A stretch of 45,695 bases of DNA from the NCBI RefSeq assembly GCF_001194135.2, contig NC_068995.1:43241638-43287332 (forward strand), in the 5' to 3' direction. Every line of letters begins with the position of its first letter. Within the stretch, counting starts at the first letter, position 1. The position numbers and the translations under genes were made by a program. A model generated the notes under the pieces. It did no database searches, had not been told where the DNA came from, and saw only the letters and a program-made list of their open reading frames with translations. Positions 38,131-45,695 of this stretch are shown here, one piece after another. The stretch is from Octopus bimaculoides. Its lineage: Eukaryota.

Positions 38131-38678
38131 GCGATATTATTTCTCATAGATTAGAAAATCAAAGTTTCATCGACATGTTTATATATTTAAGATTATTATA
38201 TGATGACTCAATATTTATCTAAAGTTTCAGTTTTCAAAATATCATTTACAAGAAAAACTTGAGTGAATAGCGCTGGTTTTCTAAAATTCATAAGGAAATA
38301 CGATATGAAATGAACAAAATTTCGAGTTTCTTTATGATAGTAATTTCAGATGCTTACTACAAATATTGACCTCAGTGTACATGATTATGATGATGATGAT
38401 GATGATGAAATGATGGTATTAATGTATGCTTTATAAAGAATATGAGAATTTAAAAAATATTTTTCTTCTAAATCTCCAAATATCAGTGTACCATCAACCA
38501 GCGTGAGGAACGTTTTGATAGTCTTGACAATCTTGCAGTTATATATTTTATCGGTCCCACTGGATAAATAAAGCCTAAATTAGTAAATATAGCGGAATTG
38601 AGAAATCAATATATATATATATATATATATTTCGGTTTCATCAACATTAATCCATGATCATTTTATGCAATAAACAAT

Positions 38679-38868
38679 GACGCGAGCTAACAGAATCGTT
38701 AGAACGGCGTGCAAAAAAAAAAGATAAAAAAATACTGACGGAACTTCGCCCGCCTTTTTGCTCTGAGCTCAAAATCCACTATGGCTGATATTGATCTTAT
38801 TTCTTTTGTCCCAATAAAATAAGTTATAGTGGAGCAGATGGGTTGATGTAATCAACTCAGTTCCTTCT
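38679..38868 (+). mobile_element. Degenerate SINE family A
   Basis: gacgcgagctaacagaatcgttag...ctctgagctcaaaatcc...aataaaataagt...gatgtaatcaact. Confidence 0.7.
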
Positions 38869-39539
38869 TTCGAACTTGCTAGCCTTGGTTTGAAACTTGA
38901 AATTACTGTAGTGTAGAGTAATTCTTTTGACATGAAAAGTTTGAAAATATTTCAACAAATCCATTCATAACGTCGTTTTGATGCCATTTTATGAATATTG
39001 GAAAGAAGGTGATAAAATCGACTGTTGAAATATGGTTTTAAAAATCATCAACTCTATTAACCTTTAGATATCAGAATCACAAATATTCAAGTTGTCAAAG
39101 CACCGACATAATTCCGTTTCTCTCGTTTCAACAAAGAACCAAATCCAATCTATCATAAATATAAATACTGAAGAATTAATCTTCAAGTAGTTCTCGTTCA
39201 TAGTTACGCGATGTAAAAATTTATTTCACGTCTATTTCAGATATAGTTTAGCAGCGTATTTAACTGGTCAAAATATGACATACCTCTCTTATTAAATAAT
39301 TGTCGTTTTCAGCTTGCATTTGTTTAGCTTTAAGACCATAATTCTATTTTATTCACAAATGGTGGTGGTTAAAAGGGTATCTAGCTAACGGATACGTATT
39401 TCATTACTACTGAAATCCATATTGGCTGAAATATTATCACAAGGCACTAAGTAGCTCAGTAGCTTACAGTATTCCATTACTACACATTATAACAATAACA
39501 ATAACAATAATAATAATAATAATGATAATGATGCCACAG

Positions 39540-40105
39540 AACCACTATTATTGGAAGTAAGAAGGTCATGCTTGTGTAGGATGGATGATTACAAAGATAA
39601 TGCACTTCAAGCAAAAGAACGGCGAACGAATAATCACAAATTCAATAAAATAGTTCATTTCGAAGTTACATATACACACAGACTTACACACACTACTATG
39701 CTACACCTCTCCAAAAATATTACAAGAATAATCCCATGCTGTAAATACTTAACAAAGTGAAAACAGCCACATCATGTGCCATACAAGGCCGATACCCGGC
39801 AGAAGAACACAACCTGCGCTACACAAACAACACAATATAAAAATTAATACAGCAGAAGACCCGAAGAAAATCCCATAACAAAACGTACTGATACAATAAA
39901 ATATCCCCACCACCAGTCCAATCACCCCGAAATGCAGCACACACCACCCCATCAGCAGAAAGGTGCAACAAATAATGCAATAAAAAGTTGCTTGAAACTT
40001 TCAGATGTCAAAAAATAATAGTGGTGATGTCGATGCTGACGAACTTAACCTTGCTTCGGTTTATATGAGACAAGAGCTTCCGAAGAAACTCTGATTGTAA
40101 CAGCA
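39540..40105 (+). mobile_element. Possible Penelope-like element relic
   Basis: Follows (TAA)n. NHKFNKI...KNITRII resembles the post-RT segment of Penelope ORFs. Ends with gaaactctgattgtaacagc, like Penelope hammerhead stem III/I. No GIY-YIG motif seen. Confidence 0.3.
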
Positions 40106-40108
40106 AAA

Positions 40109-41100
40109 ATGAAGCTGGACGTTTAAGGGAAGGGTTCTAGCTCGACAGTGGAACAGTAAAGAAGCAGACCGACCACAGCTGGCATCCTAATTCAGCATCA
40201 GCGTATAATGGAGGAAGGAAGAGGAAGTTCGTCAGCAAAGAAAACAGGATGTTGATGCAGTGCTACTTAGAGAGCGAACCTAAAGGAAAGAGCTATAGAA
40301 AACGGGTGTTAGCACATTGGGTAGAGAACTGAATGTTTAAAGTGACTCAGCAAAGAATAGTTGATCAAGCTAATGCTATTAGAAGAGAGTGGATGACAGA
40401 ATTGGAGGTAGAAGATATCTCAGGAGAACTGGAAAAGACAGACCAAGCAGTAGGAAAGATAAACAGCAACATAAGAGATACAGCTCAAACCACAGAAGAA
40501 CCTAGAAAGAAAATAATGATAGCGTTATCAATAAGGAAGGGACAATTGGCAACGACGACGTAAGTGATTTAAGGTAGGAAGATAAGAAGAGTTTAGATGA
40601 AGTAAGTAATGAGTAAAGCAGTCAGAATAAGATTGCCAGTATAAGGTACCACCAGGAGGGAACTAGCAGAAGTTACTAGGAAAGTATGTTCTGTTATCAT
40701 TAGGATAGATACTAAAAAAACAGAAGACACTAACTTATTGATTTGTGCAGGAGGGGTAGTCGTCATAGAAGATTAGATATCTCACAGGGAAAGATTTAAA
40801 AAGAAAAAAAACGTGAAAAAGGAGACTACAAATGAAATGAAGACTTTAAGATAAGATCTGTTTTGAATAGAAGTCTGGAAAACAAACAAATTAGGAAACA
40901 GAAGATACAAATTGTGTCTCGAGGAAAGATACTTAGTCAAAGTGAATGGATTTGGGACAATAATAGAAGAGTTGAAACAGCATACCATAGCAGTAGCGGA
41001 AAAACTCACCAGATATTAGACAAGAATTAATCAGTATCAACAGAATATATTATTTGAGACAGAGCAGAAGAGATTTTATAACGAAATAAATAATGGAGAA
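40109..41100 (+). mobile_element. R4/Dong-clade LINE, ORF N-terminal third
   Basis: ATG at 40109. ENRMLMQCYLESEPKGKSYRKR...FKVTQQRIVDQANAIRREWMTELE...IEELKQHTIAVAEKLTRY...NQYQQNILFETEQKRFYNEI. Confidence 0.85.
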
Positions 41101-41101
41101 C

Positions 41102-41302
41102 GAAAGCCCTCGCACGACATCCAGCTCTGTGCAGCTCCTGGCGAACAGTTTTTGTGGAAACTGGGTTCTCGAGGTGGTCATTAAGCTCTGCAGTCATTTT
41201 GGGAACTGTACTTTTGTGATCGTTTCTAACAATTGACGTAAAAGTCTGACTGTCCCTATCTGAAAGTTTTGTTTTTCTTCTAGAGTTTTGTTTCGACTAG
41301 GA
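41102..41302 (-). mobile_element. Tc1 transposase fragment (second HTH)
   Basis: EGKTS*SKQNSRRKTKLSDRDSQTFTSIVRNDHKSTVPKMTAELNDHLENPVSTKTVRQELHRAG. Confidence 0.85.
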
Positions 41303-41559
41303 GGTTTTTCCTTCTAATTATATGTTTATAATTTTATACTGAAAAAAATTAATTTTAGTGATATGGTCATTTTATATACGGTAGCCACTGATATAATCAT
41401 TTTGAAGATTATATCCTCAATGTATAAGTATAAATGATTTTTGAGTCCTCTAGTCATTATATTATGCTGCGGTACTATACTTACCCCGTATGATTTCTGA
41501 TATTAACTGCATCGTCGAGACGAGAGATTAGATGTAATGTCTACGCGAAAATGTATGTA

Positions 41560-42693
41560 TATATTGGCATCTGTAAGCAAAACTTTATCGGTATGAACAT
41601 TTTCACTTAATTCTTAAAATTTCAAAAAGTGCACCCATACGGAAAGGAATCTCATTTTATCATAGTTGGTCTAAGGTAAACACTTGGATTAAGAAGGCCC
41701 CCCCCCCTTCAAAAATTCACTTGTCCGTGACGAAAAATTCTCCTCCAGTACTGTTCTGACTTCGTCTACAGAATTCATATATTTCCGTTCAAATGATTGC
41801 GAAGACTGCGGAATAAATGATAATCAGATGGGCCAATGTCCGGCGATTGTGGTAGGTAGGGCATTGTTTCCTATTGAAACTGTTCCAGTCTTTGGAATAC
41901 CATCCTCGTTGCATGCGGCTGAGCATTAAACATTTCATATCCCACCAAACACATAACAGCACCTTACGTCGGCGAAGGCTTTTGTTTAGCCTTGAGTGCC
42001 TGTATTTCTCCTTTCCCTATCCACAGTCTACGGCGCTTGACATTTTTATAGAGAACCCATTTCTCGGCACCAGTCACTATTCGGTCCAAAAAAAAGGTTC
42101 ATTCGTGAGACTTAACAGCAAAGAAGAGCAAACATTCGCTCCCTACACGCGATTAAACTAAAAAGATTTTTGAGGAGCATATTGATGTAATTTGATGACT
42201 TTTCCGTTGAATGGTTGAATGACCAAATTCAAGCTTCTCTGATAGTTCCTCAACTATTCTGATAGGATTTTGTCCCATTAGGGTTTTCAGGACGCACTCG
42301 TCGAGCTATAGAGGTCTTCCAGAGCAAGGCTCGTCTTTTAAGTTGTAGGTCCCGGCTCGGAATTTCTGGAACCACTGTTGATATTTACGTGCGCTTATTG
42401 TCCGATCCCCACATACTGCTTTAATATTCATCGCCCTTTCCGTTGCATTGTTGCCTTTATTGAACACATAAAGCAAAATATACCGAATATTCCCCTTTAT
42501 CAATTCTATTATAGCTCTGAAAAAATAACTGTTAAAATCGAACTGCACACTTCAAAACTTGCACTAAGTATAAGAAGGTAAAATTATAACCTGCTTTTAT
42601 AGCAAGTCGATGCAGGTAGTTTATCCTGCCCCCCCCCTCCGACTTTTAGTTCATGCAATTGAAAAACCGCATTATTTATGGGATGACCGAATA
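41560..42693 (-). mobile_element. Mariner transposon, internally deleted, disrupted transposase
   Basis: TIR TATTCGGTCATCCCATAAATAATGCGG at 42693, with a degenerate counterpart at ~41560. IRYILLYVFNKGNNATE...QWFQKFRAGTYNLKDEPCSGRP, LDRIVTGAEKWVLY, PQSPDIGPSDYHLFRSL. Confidence 0.92.
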
Positions 42694-42722
42694 TATATTT
42701 ATGCATATATATTTGACTGTGC

Positions 42723-42790
<68 letters not shown>

Positions 42791-42919
42791 GTGTAGTGTG
42801 GTATGTATGTATATCTATATATACGCATTATATATGTGCACATACAATGATATAGATTCAATTGCGACACAGGGTTGCATACTTCAACGAGATAGCAGCA
42901 GCAGCAGCAGCAGCAGTAA

Positions 42920-42955
<36 letters not shown>

Positions 42956-43208
42956 TAGTAGTAGTAACATAGTAATATAGCCATTGAGTTGTTAACATTC
43001 CAAAGAATATATTTACCGCCGGCAGTAAACAGAGTTTGTATCCTTGAAACACCTGCAATATTCGAATATTCAATAGTTCTTACATAAATATGAATGCATA
43101 AACATACCTATCTCTATATTAACACAACAAAGTGAATATTTCTGCACAAACGTGCACTAACAGATACACACGCGCACAAACACACAGAAACTCACAGATA
43201 TATATATA

Positions 43209-43253
<45 letters not shown>

Positions 43254-43255
<2 letters not shown>

Positions 43256-43525
43256 TCTTTTACTCTTTTACTTGTTTCAGTCATTTGACTGCGGCCATGC
43301 TGGAGCACCACCTTCAGTCGAGCAGATCGACCCCAGGACTTATTCATTGTAAGCCTAGTACTACTTATTCTATCGTTTTCTTTTGCCGAACCGCTAAGTT
43401 ATGGGGACATAAACACACCACAATCGGTTGTCAAGCGATGTTGGGAGAGAAACACAGACACACAAACAAATACACACACATACATATATATATATACATA
43501 TATACGATGGGCTTCTTTGAATTTT
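43254..43525 (-). mobile_element. SINE family B, well-preserved 3' half
   Basis: cttttacttgtttcagtcatttgactgcggccatgctggagcacc...ccgaaccgctaagtta...gttgtcaagcgatgttggg. Confidence 0.92.
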
Positions 43526-43544
43526 ATTAAAATAATAATGGTTT

Positions 43545-43735
43545 GAAATGTGGCACAAAGCTAGCAATTTCGGGGAAGGTGTTAAATCGACTGCATGCAC
43601 TTCGGCGCTTAAATGGTACTTATTTTATCGGCTCGGAAAAGATGAAATGGAAAGTTGACCTCGACGGTATTTGAACCCAGAACTCCAAGACGGCATAAAT
43701 AACGCAAAGCATCTTGGACCAGTGTGCTAACGATT
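43545..43735 (-). mobile_element. SINE family A variant
   Basis: tggtacttattttatcgg...gttgacctcgacggtatttgaacccag...gtgctaacgatt. Confidence 0.8.
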
Positions 43736-43739
43736 TTTG

Positions 43740-43928
43740 TACTTTAGGCACAAGGCCCGAAATTTTCGGAGAGGTGGGGGCAGTCGATTAGATTGACTCC
43801 AGTACGTAACTGGTACTTGATTTATCGACCCCGATAGTATGAAAAGCAAAATCGACCTCGGCGGAAATTGAACAAAGAACGTAAAAACAGGTGAAATAAC
43901 GCTAAGCATTTCGCTCTGCGTGCTACCG
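43740..43928 (-). mobile_element. SINE family A variant (ggcacaaggcccgaaatt tail)
   Basis: actggtacttgatttatcgacccc...tcgacctcggcggaaattgaac...gctaagcatttcgc. Confidence 0.88.
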
Positions 43929-43934
43929 TTTATC

Positions 43935-44128
43935 ATTTATTTATTGCCCACAAGACGTGGGGGACTAAACATAGAGGGACAAACAATGACAGACAAAGGG
44001 ATTAAGTCGATTACATCCACTCCAGTGCGTAAACGGTACTTAATTTACCGACCCCGAAAGGATGAAAGGCAAAGTCGACCTCGGTGGAATTTGAACTCAG
44101 ATGTAAAGACAGACGAAATACCGCTAAA
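43935..44128 (-). mobile_element. SINE family A
   Basis: tttattgcccacaag...gaccccgaaaggatgaaaggcaaagtcgacctcggtggaatttgaactcag. Confidence 0.9.
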
Positions 44129-44658
44129 CCTTAATGCAAAAGCTATATTTAAAAATTTATTAGCACCTGCTTAAACACCTGACCTCACCAACTATATCAT
44201 AATTAATCATTTCGCGTTTCATTCTGTTAATAAATATTTATAAATGTTTAATGAATGTCAGCGAAACAAAATGTATTAATTCATATATATTAAAGGTACC
44301 TTCCGCAATATCCATTGGAAGTGACATAGTCTTTGTTCAGTATGTTATGTTAGTTTCTGAAAATCGTTTTCGGGTGTAAACGCGCTTTTACTTTTTTAAT
44401 GAGTAAACATCTTAGCAAAAGGCAAGTTTGATTCAGAGATTAAATCAAAATGGTATGTTTTAAGTACTTGAATATCAAAAATATCAATTACGTATATTTT
44501 TATATTACTATTATCAATATTATAACACAAGGTATATGACACAAGAAATATATAATACAAACGGAACATAAGAGAATATAGAACTTGTTAATAAATTTAT
44601 AGATATTGATTATTGACCTCAGGCTCAAAATTTCAAATTTTAATAACATATCTTTCAG

Positions 44659-44739
<81 letters not shown>

Positions 44740-45354
44740 TACATACATGCATGCATACATATATATATATAATTATAATTATAAGATCTGGTATATTAAT
44801 ATATTAATTAATATCGATTAATTATCAGGGGGCCAGCACATTTAAAGAATCAAAGAGATTCAGAAATATTATCTGCAATCTCAGGGGATTAAGGTACAGT
44901 TTAAAAATAACGTCGACCACTTACGTGGACAATTAATGCGCTAGAAATAGATCACATTTTGTGTCTATTAAGACCTAAAAAGCTCTCAACATGAAATATA
45001 GCAGCATACCAAAAACTAGAGCATTTTATAAAGAGGTCTTACAGCTGTTTCGGGGATGTAAAAATATGCCATCATCAAAGACGATTTGGGAGAGTTAAAT
45101 AGGCGGAAATATTATAGTATATATATATACTGAACTACGAAAGAAACGTCGAAGTGTAAAAGATTATTTGTTTCGCATACGATATTTATATTATATGGAT
45201 TTTATCACATTTCTAAGTAATTTGACACCAGGATGTGTAAATATGTAAACATATGTGTGTGTATGTGTATATATATGAATATATATTTATGTAGCTATCT
45301 ATTTATCTATATATCTATCTATCTATCTATCTGTCTATATATATNNNNNNNNNN

Positions 45355-45624
45355 TATATATAACGTATCGTGGGTAAGCTAGAATAATGCGAAATAAATG
45401 CAAGGCAAATCACAAGACAAAGATATTAATTAATGTAGACTTACCTTGCATTCAATATTACAGATTTATGACATTCGTTAATTTCTTGAAAATGGAATCA
45501 TAACCCCGAAATATTCAATGCAAAGTAAGTCTATATTAATTCATTAATTCATATCTTTGTCACCTTGGGATTTGCTTTGCATTTACTTCGCATTGTTCTG
45601 GCGTTATCCAGGATCCATTATACA
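45355..45624. mobile_element. Foldback/MITE-like element with ~105-bp inverted arms
   Basis: agaataatgcgaaataaatgcaaggcaaat...tagacttaccttgcattcaatatt inverts to aatattcaatgcaaagtaagtcta...atttgctttgcatttacttcgcattgttct, with a ~50-bp spacer. Confidence 0.85.
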
Positions 45625-45695
45625 ATATATTCTACATCATGCTTCATAGTAATCATTCTAATATACATGCATATATATATATATATATATATATA

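Larger units (their letters stand above)
1219..45354. other. Nine assembly gaps (N-runs): 1219-1782, 10369-10906, 19659-19865, 23667-23719, 25690-26452, 30315-30435, 33158-33852, 36668-36813, 45345-45354
   Basis: Direct. Most gaps abut (TA)n, (TG)n, (CT)n or (GATA)n runs, typical of short-read assembly breaks. All long X-containing ORFs are artefacts of these gaps. Confidence 0.99.

Noticed and set aside
39240-39290. YSLAAYLT resembling the iGluR SYTANLAAF motif
   Set aside because: Partial match only, with no flanking M1/M2/S2 sequence.
12967-44128. tRNA genes
   Set aside because: All A/B-box-containing segments are SINE heads lacking a complete cloverleaf and continue into SINE bodies.
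1144-44821. ORF-track entries rich in X, IY, THTH, CVCV, poly-I/Y/S/H
   Set aside because: Products of N-gaps and microsatellites, with no coding signature.
1-45695. CRISPR array, rRNA or other prokaryote-type system
   Set aside because: No regularly spaced repeat-spacer array, rRNA sequence or operon-like gene cluster; the sequence is eukaryotic repeat-rich DNA.

Overview
AT-rich, microsatellite-saturated animal genomic DNA from a gapped draft assembly (nine N-runs). The SINE, LINE and microsatellite repertoire looks like a coleoid cephalopod, most likely Octopus; this is an inference from recalled repeat families, not a database hit. No complete protein-coding gene is visible. The supplied ORFs are essentially all microsatellite or N-gap artefacts, or transposon relics. 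The window is mostly decayed mobile DNA: a 2.7-kb hAT-type DNA transposon with unusually long imperfect TIRs, five R4/Dong-type LINE fragments, a CR1/L2-type LINE 3' end, Tc1/mariner relics, about 15 tRNA-derived SINE copies of two main families, and three foldback/palindromic elements. One well-formed 72-bp plus-strand exon candidate (PH-domain-like peptide) suggests the window may be intronic. The most unusual signals are: a tRNA-headed short element whose Penelope-like tail folds as a degenerate minimal type I hammerhead ribozyme; a hammerhead-like half motif just upstream of an R4/Dong ORF start; a near-perfect 193-bp palindrome; and a hidden degenerate ~193-bp tandem repeat. Family assignments rest on motifs read by eye and need Dfam/RepBase/HMM confirmation.
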